A stretch of 64,000 nt of DNA from Schizochytrium sp. TIO01. Lineage: Eukaryota; Protista; Bigyra: Labyrinthulomycetes. Positions 33,843 to 44,217 of this stretch are shown here, in pieces. The stretch's first letter is position 1. Every line of letters starts with the position of its first letter. Location of the stretch: NCBI GenBank assembly GCA_004764695.1, contig SMSO01000025.1, positions 2,728,001-2,792,000 of the forward strand, given 5' to 3'. The notes beneath the pieces were generated by a model, which ran no database searches, had not been told where the DNA came from, and saw nothing but the letters and a program-made list of their open reading frames with translations. Made by a program: the position numbers and the translations under genes.

Positions 33843-34063
33843 TTCGGCCAGTGCGTATTTTGAGAGCAAGATCATTTTGAGAGCGGTTCGACTTATCGGT
33901 ATGTTCTGCATCACTAATTCTAACTAACTACTAGTTGATCTAGTAACTGGATACGCTAGGGGAGACTTTCGTTGAAGTATTTCGGCCAGTATGCATATTT
34001 TGAGAGCGAGATCGTTTTGAGAGCGAGATCGTTTTGAGAGCGCTTCGCCTTATCAGTATCTTC
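33843..34063 (+). repeat. Two copies of a ~65-80 bp module containing 17-bp sub-repeats (TTTTGAGAGCRAGATCR)
   Basis: ttcggccagt..tattttgagagcaagatcattttgagagcggttcgacttatcggtat (33843-33906) versus ttcggccagt..tattttgagagcgagatcgttttgagagcgagatcgttttgagagcgcttcgccttatcagtat (33981-34063); five TTTTGAGAGC cores in total. Confidence 0.85.
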
Positions 34064-34261
34064 CAGTAACTAACACCTACCGATCTTGAAAGAAAAGCAT
34101 TTAGCTTGTCAAATCAAAACAGCAAAAGGGCAAAGTCGAGCATTGACATCAGCAAACCCTTTTTAGACAGTTGAAACATTTAGCTCTAGTTTTGCACGCA
34201 CGAGTCATCCTTTCGCACAGAGAAGAGTTTCAAAGAGCAACAATCTGCATCTAGCGAAGCC

Positions 34262-34850
34262 ATGAACGAACAGGTCATCCAGGAGAAAGAGCGTTATAGA
34301 CTTTTCCTAAAGGCAATCGTGCAAGACAACTATGACGTGGTGAAGTGGTTTATTGACTGCGAAGGAGTAGATGTGGACTGCTGTGATGACAATGGAGATA
34401 TCGCGATACGTTATGCTCATGATGGTGACGTAAAAGAATTGCTTTGTCAAAAGATTTGTTTCAAAGACCTATTCACGAACGTTGTAAACCACGGGCATTT
34501 TGATTTGGCGAGATGGCTCATCAACGAAGAGTTAATGTCTTGTAGTTACTTCTCCGGCGCAGACACTGCTCTTCACGTGTGTGCCGAGAAGGGTCTCTTC
34601 GACTTGGTGAAGTGGCTAGAGCGAAGTGGTTAGGGCGAAGTGGACGCAAATGCCCGCAGCAAAAATAAGCGTACATCACTTCATTTGGCCGCAAGGATGG
34701 ACCACCTCGATGTAAGGACGGGAAGACAGCTTTTCACATCGCTAGAACAAGAAAGTTTATTTAGGTGGCTTATCAAAGAAGCAATGCAGATAAAAACATC
34801 TGCAACCAAGATGGGAAAAGGGCATTGATCTCTCAGGGTCTGCGCAGGAC
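34262..34850 (+). pseudogene. Ankyrin-repeat pseudogene
   Basis: Ankyrin motifs DTALHVCAEKGLFDLVKWL and RTSLHLAARMDHLDV are separated by an in-frame TAG (34631-34633). Further ankyrin pieces (KDGKTAFHIA at ~34714; NADKNICNQDGKRA at ~34783) lie in shifted frames. Confidence 0.78.
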
Positions 34851-36329
34851 TAAGCATCTCAAATCGTAGAAATCAGACTAAAAAAAAAAGACAATAAACC
34901 TCATTTTCATTTTATTGAGCCAAATCCTAAATCAATGATCTTCAAAACATTTTAAAGCGTACCTCCACAATAAATCAGCTACATTTGAACCTTTTCAAAT
35001 GCCACTTTTTATATTGAATGTTGAAATTATTCCATTGTGAGCCCAAAGCACCATTTCCAGTGGCATTTCTATTGAAGTTACAATCATTAAGCCGTAAGAT
35101 ATCCAAACAAAGTATAAACTATCATAAAATAAGCTTTCAATCACTAAACTTTCTGGTTATTCCGTGACGGTGGGGAGGAAAGCTGCAGTGATTTGAAGGT
35201 TTTCATGTTTCCTTGCGTCGCTGTCATGTATAAAGAACCCCCCTCCCCCCCAAATTTAAAATCGATAACTCTGTCAATAATTTGAGACAGTTTGTCGCTA
35301 GTAATTTAAACAGTTATGTGATCAAGTCTCTCAATCCTTTTCTCATGCCTGCCTGAAGGCTCAAGGAGACTTGTAACTTCCATATGAAAAGGAACCGTGG
35401 AATATTGCAAAAAAGGCAACATCCTCTCTAAAAGTGTCATTGAACCTAGGCCCCATGGGACTACCAGGATCATTCTGTACTTTAGTTTGCCTTCCAAAGG
35501 CTCCAGTTTGGCCTGTAACCTATTTCTGCTGTGATCTTAGCTATATGTCTTTCGTCTCCTTCATTGTGAAACTAAATGACTCACTGCTCTGCTAGTGCCG
35601 AGGTCGTAGCCAAGTACGCATATTTCTATAGGAATACCTGCCTAGGGTACAAAATACTTTGTCCAGAAACAGCATTTTGAGGAGATTAAAAAATTAAAAG
35701 ACAAGGTAATTCCTTACCAGCACCTATATCCAATTAGTTTTACATCAGGTACGCCCCATTAACCTCACTATGTACCCATATTTGTATCAAACTATCAATC
35801 ACAACAACCCATTTGGTGAAAAATTTGCGTTGTGCATGCGAGGTGGTTGGTGGTTGGCTGGATGGCTGAGATCCTCGTGAGATCTGTGCCTTTCCTTTGC
35901 TCTACCTTCGTTGCGTTCTCGCTCCGTTGCGTTGTAGAAGGGGAAAGGAGAGCCGAGGACGGCTAGGTCCGCGAGAGCTCCATCCCTGTTCCCAGCCACT
36001 TCAGATTGTGAAGCGCCCGCCATCTAGCTGTCTGAAGGCTTTGCTCGTGTGTTCGTTGGTGGTTGGTTGCTCGATTGTTCCTTCATCCATTTGACACACA
36101 TACATACTGTATATACTGTATATATACATACATACATACATAAAATCAATTAATCAATCAATCTATCAATCAATCAATTAATCAATCGATCAACGAATGA
36201 ATCATCGATTGACCAACAAACGATATGAAAGTAATTACGAAGGTCCATGTAAGTGATAGATATGGTGAATCAACTCGGTTTCGCAGCGATTCATTGATTT
36301 CTTCTGAAGAAGTCATGTCATGCATGTCA

Positions 36330-36508
36330 TTCGTTCATTTATTTATTCATTCATTCATTAATTTATTCATTCATTCATTCATTCATTTATTCATTCATTC
36401 ATTCATTCATTTATTCATTCATTCATTCATTCATTCATTCATTCATTCATTTATTCATTCATTCATTCATTCATTCATTCATTTATTCATTCATTCATTC
36501 ATTTATCA
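36330..36508 (+). repeat. (TTCA)n microsatellite, flanked by (ATCA)n at ~36145-36190 and (TTTG)n at ~36640-36715
   Basis: Directly visible tandem tetramers. Confidence 0.95.
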
Positions 36509-37065
36509 ATGATGGCAACATTTGAAGAGTTCATTGCGTTGGGCATTGCTTAGTGATTCATTTGCTGAGCGATAAGTTGTTGCTTCTTGGGCGAGTGCTT
36601 GCTTTATTTAATTTTGAGTTTGGGTGTCTGAGTGATCGTTTGTTCGTTTGTTTGTTTGCTTCTTTGCTTGTGTGTTTGTTTGTTTGTGTGTTTGTTTGTT
36701 TGTTTGTTTGTTTATGAGGTTGATGAATTGCTGAGTATGGATTATTTTTTGTTTTGCATTAGAGGTAGATGGGTAAATAGGCTTTGTATGTGGGGGGATT
36801 TATGATGGGATTTATGGATGGATTGTTTGTTTGTTTGACTTTGTTTGCGAATGTTTCACTGTGTGGGTTTTATTCTCTACTTAATGAGTGGAGTACTCCA
36901 TAGTGGATTTGCTTGGCTTATAAGTGGTTCTAAGAGGCCTCTTTCTGTGGCCCGAGACCGCTCTGTCCATACAGAGCAGACAAAGTCAAACGGAGCCTCG
37001 GCAAACCGGCAACGGAGCGGAGCTGACCGGAGCTGAGCGGAGTATAGCAGAGCAGAGCAGCAGCG

Positions 37066-38973
37066 ATGTCGCAGCGCAAGCAAGCCCACCTCCGCGCGAG
37101 CTCCCCTATCAACATGGGTGCCGACACGCGCTTCATCTTCGTGACTGGTGGAGTGGTCTCTGGCCTTGGCAAGGGCATCACCATCTCTTCCATCGGCCGT
37201 CTGCTCAAGGCCAGCGGCATCTCCGTCACCAGCATCAAGGTTGACCCTTACCTTAACGTCGATGCCGGAACTATGGCCCCCCAGGAGCATGGTGAGACTT
37301 TCGTGCTTGATGATGGTGGTGAGACTGACCTTGACCTCGGTAACTACGAGCGCTTCCTCGACATCATGCTCACGAAGGACCACAACATCACTACCGGCAA
37401 GGTGTACCAGAATGTGATTGAGCGTGAGCGTCGCGGAGACTTCCTTGGTAAGACCGTCCAGGTCGTGCCGCACATCACCAACGAGATCCAGGACTGGATT
37501 GCTCGCGTCGCACAGATCCCTGTCGATGGCACAACTAACGCCCCGGATGTCTGCCTTGTTGAGGTTGGTGGCACCGTTGGTGATATCGAGTCGATGGTGT
37601 TCCTCGAGGCCATCCGCCAATTCCAGTTCCGCGTGGGCCGCGAGAGATGCTGCCTTGTACACGTTTCACTGGTGCCGGTGCTTGGTTCCGTGGGAGAGCA
37701 AAAGACCAAACCCACTCAGCATGGCATCAAGGAGCTCATGTCGCTTGGCCTGAGCGCAGACATCATCGTGTGCCGGTCCTCCGAGGTTGTGGAGGAGTCC
37801 ACCCGCAAGAAGATCAGCCAGTTCTGCCATGTGGACCCTTCCTGCGTCATTAGCGTCCACGACGTTAGCAACATCTACCACGTGCCGCTTATTCTTGAGC
37901 AGCAGGGTCTTCACACCATCCTCAAGGAGTCTCTTGGACTCGGCAGCAGAATGTCTGACACGCTCGACCTCGACACCTGGCGCAAGCTCGCCAACACTGT
38001 CGACGAGGCCACTGAGGAGGTCGTCATCGCCGTCTGCGGAAAGTACACCAGCCTTCACGACTCTTACCTCAGTGTGCTCAAGGCGCTCAAGCACTCTGCC
38101 ATCGCAGAGAACAAGCTCCTCGTCACCTCCTGGATCGAGTCCTCCGACCTCGAAGAGGACACCAAGCGCACTGATGCTGCTGCCTATGAACAGGCTTGGG
38201 CAAAGCTTCGCCAAGCTGACGGTATTCTCATCCCCGGAGGCTTCGGAAACAGAGGTGTCGAGGGCAAAATCGCTGCAGCAAAGTACGCCAGAGAAAGCTG
38301 CGTGCCTATGCTCGGAGTTTGCCTTGGAATGCAAGTCATGGTTATTGAGTTTGCGCGCAACGTTCTTGGCTGGACCAACGCTACCTCAGATGAGGTTGAC
38401 GAGAAGGCCGAGAAGAAGGTTATCATCAAGATGCTCGAGCACCACCAGGGACAAATGGGAGGTACCATGCGTCTCGGTAGCCGCCGTACCAACCTTCACG
38501 CTCTCCCCGAGGAGGTTGCACAGCCCAAGAGTATTGCAAGCCTCATCTATGAGGGTGTGGACCATGTCATGGAGAGACACCGCCACAGATACGAGGTGAA
38601 CCCGGATTGCATCGCGGATTTCGAAAACAATGGACTTCACTTCACTGGTAAGGACGAGCTTAATGAGCGTATGGAGATGACTGAGCTCCCACGTGCCAAG
38701 CACCCGTTTTACTTCGGAGTTCAGTTCCACCCCGAACTCAAGTCCCGCCCCCTCCGCCCGTCCCCTCCTTTCCACGGCTTTGTGCTTGCTGCAAGCAAAG
38801 GTTTTGCCAAACACTATGGCGTGCCCGAGTCCGAGGCCCAGCCCGTAGTGCCCCCACTCCCAACTCCCCGCAACGTCAAACGCAAAGACTCTGTTAATGA
38901 ATTCCGCGATGACTCTGCCGCCCCGGGTGTCTCCACCATGAAGCGCCCTCGCGTCATTTCTGACAGCGCATAA
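37066..38973 (+). CDS. CTPS: CTP synthase
   Basis: [45 protein letters not shown] and KTKPTQH. The glutaminase domain has GVCLG, RHRHRYE and QFHPE. Strong codon bias. Alternative start ATG at 37114. Confidence 0.98.
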   Translation: MSQRKQAHLRASSPINMGADTRFIFVTGGVVSGLGKGITISSIGRLLKASGISVTSIKVDPYLNVDAGTMAPQEHGETFVLDDGGETDLDLGNYERFLDIMLTKDHNITTGKVYQNVIERERRGDFLGKTVQVVPHITNEIQDWIARVAQIPVDGTTNAPDVCLVEVGGTVGDIESMVFLEAIRQFQFRVGRERCCLVHVSLVPVLGSVGEQKTKPTQHGIKELMSLGLSADIIVCRSSEVVEESTRKKISQFCHVDPSCVISVHDVSNIYHVPLILEQQGLHTILKESLGLGSRMSDTLDLDTWRKLANTVDEATEEVVIAVCGKYTSLHDSYLSVLKALKHSAIAENKLLVTSWIESSDLEEDTKRTDAAAYEQAWAKLRQADGILIPGGFGNRGVEGKIAAAKYARESCVPMLGVCLGMQVMVIEFARNVLGWTNATSDEVDEKAEKKVIIKMLEHHQGQMGGTMRLGSRRTNLHALPEEVAQPKSIASLIYEGVDHVMERHRHRYEVNPDCIADFENNGLHFTGKDELNERMEMTELPRAKHPFYFGVQFHPELKSRPLRPSPPFHGFVLAASKGFAKHYGVPESEAQPVVPPLPTPRNVKRKDSVNEFRDDSAAPGVSTMKRPRVISDSA

Positions 38974-39057
38974 GCTTCTGCGTGACCGTAATACTTTCGT
39001 GCATGCATACATGACTCACTGTCAACTTTACACTCAGCCGGCCGCCTGGTCGATCGA

Positions 39058-39140
39058 CCGACCCAACCAACCCAACCAACCAACCAACCCAACCAACCAA
39101 CCAACCGAGCAACGAACCGAGTAACGAACCGAGCAACGGA
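39058..39140 (+). repeat. (ACCA)n microsatellite followed by 12-bp accgagcaacga-type repeats in the CTPS 3' region
   Basis: Directly visible. Confidence 0.85.
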
Positions 39141-39719
39141 CCGACTCTGCCGATCGACTGACCTACACAATCTACAAAACTCCCTTTCTTGGTTCCTCAA
39201 TGTCTTCACGCTGCAGACATACATGCCTTTTCTTTGAATGATCACTGGCGCTCTGACTAGCAAGCTACTTAGAGGACAAGAAATGCACAAGAAGATAGCT
39301 CACACATCCTATCGCCCTTGCTAATGAAGACAAAATTTACTTCCTACTACAGATTTGCTTGACTAACTGACAACCCAAGGGACTCCATCGCTTTCGCGAA
39401 TTCATCTCGAGTTATGTTCGTATTTATCGCGCTGTGCTTCATCGACCGATGATATCCTTTTCTTCTTTCTTTGTCAGGATGCTTAGCTGATTATTTTCGC
39501 CTACCTGCACGTTCTAAACACCCCGTCTTCCACTTCTCCACTCGCAAAAACAAAGCAAACTTAAAAAAATTCTAGATATAAGATAATATGAAGCTAACAT
39601 GTTTAGTTATAATTGAGAATACCAATCAGAATTTGTATCAAGAATCCATACTCTGATTCTCCCCATCACGAGTCGTCTTTTCCTCGCTAGGTTAATCTGC
39701 GTCTCTCCATCAATTTCTC

Positions 39720-40214
39720 CTATTCTTCTTCCTGATCTTTATTGTTGTCTTCATCGTCTTCATCATCGTCATCCCAAGAAGCTGCGCTTAAATCTTCTTC
39801 ATCATGTGAAAATTCAACTTTGCGATCGTAGATGTAGGATGGGTCTCCAGGCCGAACAACATTTTTGGAAAAGGTTGTGTCCATCTCAGCTTTAGCCTGT
39901 TTTAATACTGATGGCGCGGCTTTGTTGAGATCGTCACCATGTTCGATTGCATTCTTGGCTCGGTGACGATCCACAAGAGCCTGGATAGCATCTGAGAGTG
40001 CTCGTCTTGATTTGCCAACAACCTCTGCCTTTTGGTTAACTTCAAGTCTGTCTTGAATCTCTTGTGTAATGCTTCGTAGTTTACGACGATCGAAGATGTT
40101 CCAGCCCTCACGGAAATCAAATTTTACCAAGTCTCGACTTCCGTTTACACGCTCAACTTCCGCTACAAGCTTGGGTGGAGAGTACTGGACTCCAAATCGT
40201 AGAACTTGCGCCAT
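39720..40214 (-). CDS. CEP19: Centrosomal protein of 19 kDa
   Basis: N-terminal RFGVQYSPPKLV and C-terminal DLNK..LKQAKAEMDTTFSKNVVRPGDPSYIYDRKVEF..SWD match the CEP19 pattern; 164 aa. Confidence 0.85.
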   Translation of the reverse strand: MAQVLRFGVQYSPPKLVAEVERVNGSRDLVKFDFREGWNIFDRRKLRSITQEIQDRLEVNQKAEVVGKSRRALSDAIQALVDRHRAKNAIEHGDDLNKAAPSVLKQAKAEMDTTFSKNVVRPGDPSYIYDRKVEFSHDEEDLSAASWDDDDEDDEDNNKDQEEE

Positions 40215-40634
40215 GATCTATTCGCTCTCCAGTTTATAATTAGAATGTATTGCTGACTCGTGTGAAACCTAGCCTTGTCCCCCATTCCAATTTCACTTAT
40301 TCTGCAAATAGCTCCCCAATAGATCCGTTGCATGTAAATATCTGTAGTATATATATATTTTTAATTTTTTTTTTTTTAAATACACAAACAATTGAACTAG
40401 ACAAAATAACAAACAGCGATGATGTTTCCTTTTTCATTGGAAAGGAGAAAGTCATGATATGTCTCGACTTTCAGGCTATCTCTGAAGATTATGCTAATAA
40501 TACTTCACCGAAGTATATTCAAAATCACAAAAGCAAAAAAAACTATGATGTTGTTGTTTTTGTTTCCCTGTAGTGAAATCGAAAAAAAAAAAAAAAAGAG
40601 GTATGATACATAGCATTTGGTTGAAAGTATATGT

Positions 40635-42443
40635 CTAGCTCCACCGACTTGCTAAATGGGCTTGCGAAAAAGAAAATTCGCAAAGAAGAGAAATATGGTC
40701 AGATGGGTGGTGCGTATTTGGAAACCATTTATGAAAAAGATTTTCATTTGGACGTTTTCGAGGTTGCCAAGCACCAGTATAAGCTCTGTTAGGGACATTC
40801 TTTGTTTCGCCTAGTTCATAATTAAGCTCTGTGTGCATAGGGTCAGGGTCCCAATGCGATGGCAAAGCATCGTGTATATCATCAATAAGCTGCGGCCGAC
40901 GAATGTCGGCCTTTGGCATTATAACTGATGCACTATCAGAAATCTCTAACACGCGTTCTGGCCTAAGTTGCTCTCGTGAAAAAAATATATAATCGACACA
41001 ACCACGAAAACGCTCCGTGTTAAGTGTATAGGGTGGTTCATAGTCGTCTTGTAAAGATGCATACGCTGATCCTACGTTCAACATATGCACAAGACCTGCG
41101 TGTCGAGAGCCACCAATTTGGCTTCGGGTTGGATTAATGTCAAGATTTAAAGTTCTATCTTCATACTTGGGAGTTAATGAGATGTCGAGCTCAAATCCAC
41201 CTTGGGCCTTGTCAGAGCCTTCCCAAAGACTTGCGTCAACCCATTGGTCAAGTGTCTCAACTGGCTCTTGTAAAATAACCTCTGCGGGTTCTGTTGGATG
41301 TTTCAGAACATGATTTAAAGGGGGTAACATTGTATTCCCATTCGTAGTTACTGGCGCACATGGTTGACTGAATTCAGCTTGGCCGACTGCGCTTACTCCA
41401 GCAACTACAAACTCGTATGTTAATCCAGCACCAAGTCCTGACATGTTCGCCTCTCGCCAAGGCCCATCGTTGTCGATTGCAGAGAGTGGGAAAAAGGCAG
41501 GGTCGTCAAAGCCTCTTGAGGTGTTTCCACCACAACGACGGCGAATAACATACCCTTGCAATGCAGCATCCCCTGGCGCAGGCGCCCTCCACCGTACACG
41601 TACATGTGATTGGGCCACAACCTTCGCTTCAGGTCTTTCTTCAATTGTTGAAGGTTTGCGGAGTTCATGTGGAAATTTCCCTCGTGTTACGAGCGTGTAA
41701 AGCTCGGACTGTTGAAGGAAGTTGAACGATCCACACATTATGACTGGGAGTTGAAAATCAGCATTGAAGCGCTCCACCGTTCTTACAAGCATAAGTACTT
41801 GTTTTCTCTGAACATTGATTAGGTCAGCTGTTGAAGGAGAAACTAATTGAACATTAGTGATAACAAGAGCTGACGGGTGGTCCGAGTCCTCCCAAGGCTG
41901 GATTGCAACAATGATGCCAACGTTGTCTTGCTGTAAGCGACAGCTTGGTCTTTCTTCGCCTAAAAACTCGCCTGCATTATTAAAATCTATAGTCTCTGAT
42001 CGAAAAAGCTGAAACTTGGAGCGCGAGTAAAATGTTGCTACCCCATCTTCGTGGCGCCTACCTCGTTTAGTGTAGATCCCGTCATAGCCGGCTCGACTTA
42101 GTTGTGGTTGCCACCAGAGATCATAATTATCAACCTCTTGGAGACACAGCACATCTGGTTCTTGCGCTAGAACCTCCTTCAGCAACCTTTGCTTACGTTG
42201 GTGCCAGTTGATGTCTGCGCCATCGCAATAGCCATACTTGGGACCTTTCAGCTTGCGCTGCGCTAGAACGTTATAGGATAGAACCTTAAAGCGAGGACCT
42301 GATGTTTCCGGTGCGCTGCTGTTTCTCCGTCTTCCCTTTTCAGCGGCTTTCCCCGCTGGCAACCGCTGCCCAAATGGACCTGGTGCCTCACTAGCTTCGA
42401 GCCAGCCTCGAGAGGCACCTGGGGCGCTATCCTGTCTTTTCAT
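40635..42443 (-). CDS. CCR4/nocturnin/PDE12/Angel-like EEP-family protein with an internal fibronectin type III domain
   Basis: SYNVLAQ, DVLCLQEVD, DGVATFY, CGSFN, VDYIF and PSDH. The FN3 segment VRVRWRAP..GYVIRR..SGLGAGLTYEFVVAGVSAVG sits between the GxFN and DYI motifs. The first ATG is at 42443 (track start is TTG). Confidence 0.85.
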   Translation of the reverse strand: MKRQDSAPGASRGWLEASEAPGPFGQRLPAGKAAEKGRRRNSSAPETSGPRFKVLSYNVLAQRKLKGPKYGYCDGADINWHQRKQRLLKEVLAQEPDVLCLQEVDNYDLWWQPQLSRAGYDGIYTKRGRRHEDGVATFYSRSKFQLFRSETIDFNNAGEFLGEERPSCRLQQDNVGIIVAIQPWEDSDHPSALVITNVQLVSPSTADLINVQRKQVLMLVRTVERFNADFQLPVIMCGSFNFLQQSELYTLVTRGKFPHELRKPSTIEERPEAKVVAQSHVRVRWRAPAPGDAALQGYVIRRRCGGNTSRGFDDPAFFPLSAIDNDGPWREANMSGLGAGLTYEFVVAGVSAVGQAEFSQPCAPVTTNGNTMLPPLNHVLKHPTEPAEVILQEPVETLDQWVDASLWEGSDKAQGGFELDISLTPKYEDRTLNLDINPTRSQIGGSRHAGLVHMLNVGSAYASLQDDYEPPYTLNTERFRGCVDYIFFSREQLRPERVLEISDSASVIMPKADIRRPQLIDDIHDALPSHWDPDPMHTELNYELGETKNVPNRAYTGAWQPRKRPNENLFHKWFPNTHHPSDHISLLCEFSFSQAHLASRWS

Positions 42444-43410
42444 CAAACCCTCGAAGCAGGAGATTGACTCAAAGTTGCAAATATGCCAGCAAGAATTTAT
42501 GCATACTACTTTAATTGCTCTGATTGTTAGCACGAGTAGCAATAAATAACCCTAGCTAGGCCTACATCACAATGGAAACGCTAAGGTATTACTATTTATA
42601 TATAGTCTTACACAAGTGAGATTGATGCGTCAAGGTGAAATATTCGACGTAATGCAACATAGTCTACCATGCTTCAGCACGGTTGATTGATTTATAAGCT
42701 TTTTATATACTACCTACTTTGTAGCAAGAAGTAATTGAAGACATATAAGATAAGTTACCCCCTCTTGAAAGCAAGCTTTCCCACGACATGCTTCATCATA
42801 AGTGCAGTTGTACACGTAAAACACATATTTGAATAACAGCATTCAAAGATTCGGAGTGGAAAGATAAAGTGGAAACCCCAAATAACTCAAAACATGGCTT
42901 TGTGTTTACCAAGTCAAAACTCCCTTTGTTTTTATTATAACCACTGGACTAATTCAATGTGTTCATAGATGTAAACTAAGGTTGCCACAGGACAACTGAT
43001 TGCATGTTCAATCATGGAATCTGAAGGAGTACATAATTTCAGGTTTTTATCTTGCACAGCCCATCACAACCCTTGAAATTATGAAAATGATCTCCTCGAT
43101 GTACTTCGATGTCGGACAAATTCGAGTCAAGTTGAGTTAACCAAGTAAGGTTTACATGGCGATGTCAAATAGGCTTGTCGTTGCTGCCTACCATGGAATG
43201 ATGGAACGATAGCTACATTAAGAGAGGAAGAGCTTTCGATTTCATATCAATTCGAAATCACCAGTATCATGGATTGAGAATAAGAAGAAGCAGTAGATAT
43301 TAATTTGGAATGCATTAAGTTTGTGTAGATTTTGACACATCTTTTCGTAGTAGTTTACAGTGAGCCCAGAGCAATGTATGGCGGAGACGATGAAACCTTA
43401 AAGTTAGAAA

Positions 43411-44217
43411 TCATGTGCTAAAGAATGACTTCCGTTGGATAAAGCTCGGGCGGCGCATGTCGTTCACACCAAACTTTAAACAGTCAATCTCGTCATTTTC
43501 AATTTCTTCCTTAATAGCTTCACGCATTTTAGGCACAAGAGCAGGGATGCCGTGGTTCTTTGCCCAAAATTTCTCTTGAGGAGTCATGCCATATACAAAG
43601 AGGAAGCGAACTTCACCATGTGGATCTTTGAAAACTTGGTTCCAAGGTGCATCGTCATCTGTATTTGCTGGAGCGTAAAAAAAATGTTTCGTGGTAACGT
43701 CTTTGTCTTCCTCTAACTCCTCTGGTATCACATCCATTTCTAGCAAAAGACGTTGGTGAGGTTCGATCGGAGGCATAGGCTCTTTCACTTTAGAAGCGCA
43801 AACTTGCAAAAGCATATCTACTGGAAATAGAGGGGTCTCAAGTCCCTCTGGGTTACTTTTTTCTTCCTCAGGAATTCGAAGGCGGAAAACTAACTCGAAT
43901 CCATGATTTCGCTTTTCACGTGGGATACCTTGGGCGCGCTCTTCAAGCAAGACAAGATTTCCAAAACCAGTAGTTGCATAAATAAATTCGTCTTCTGTAC
44001 GCATGATTAAGACGCCGATTGAGCATGTCGTTCCTGCTATATCAAATTCCTGAAACTCCTCACCTAGAGGAATCTCCTGTAAAACATCAAAGGTATCCTC
44101 GTAAAAGCTCACAACCGGAGAACTAAAACGCCAGTCTTGAGCATTCTTCGGAACTTCTAGAGCTGCCATGCTTGGCCCTCGTGGGGGTGCCACTTCTTGT
44201 GATTGAGTGCATCCCAT
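43411..44217 (-). CDS. Suppressor-of-fused (SUFU) N-terminal-domain protein with an MGC N-terminus
   Basis: SUFU-like motifs FIYATTGFG, GFELVFRL, FPVDML and GEVRFLFVYGMTPQE. The first ATG is at 44217 and gives MGCTQS (track start is GTG). Confidence 0.72.
   Translation of the reverse strand: MGCTQSQEVAPPRGPSMAALEVPKNAQDWRFSSPVVSFYEDTFDVLQEIPLGEEFQEFDIAGTTCSIGVLIMRTEDEFIYATTGFGNLVLLEERAQGIPREKRNHGFELVFRLRIPEEEKSNPEGLETPLFPVDMLLQVCASKVKEPMPPIEPHQRLLLEMDVIPEELEEDKDVTTKHFFYAPANTDDDAPWNQVFKDPHGEVRFLFVYGMTPQEKFWAKNHGIPALVPKMREAIKEEIENDEIDCLKFGVNDMRRPSFIQRKSFFST

Noticed and set aside
29930-33900. tRNA T-loop-like GGTTCGA at ~29938 and ~33885
   Set aside because: No cloverleaf can be built around either.
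33843-34063. CRISPR-like array (GTTTTGAGAGC resembles some type II repeat starts)
   Set aside because: Units abut at a 17-bp period with no unique spacers, there are no cas genes, and the context is eukaryotic.
34631-34633. Programmed stop-codon readthrough in the ankyrin gene
   Set aside because: Additional frameshifts downstream indicate decay rather than recoding.
36225-36512. 95-aa ORF with FIHS repeats
   Set aside because: Translation of the (TTCA)n microsatellite.
36877-39012. Long antisense and alternate-frame ORFs over CTP synthase (261, 222, 270, 208 aa)
   Set aside because: Expected by-product of strong codon bias; no recognisable domains.
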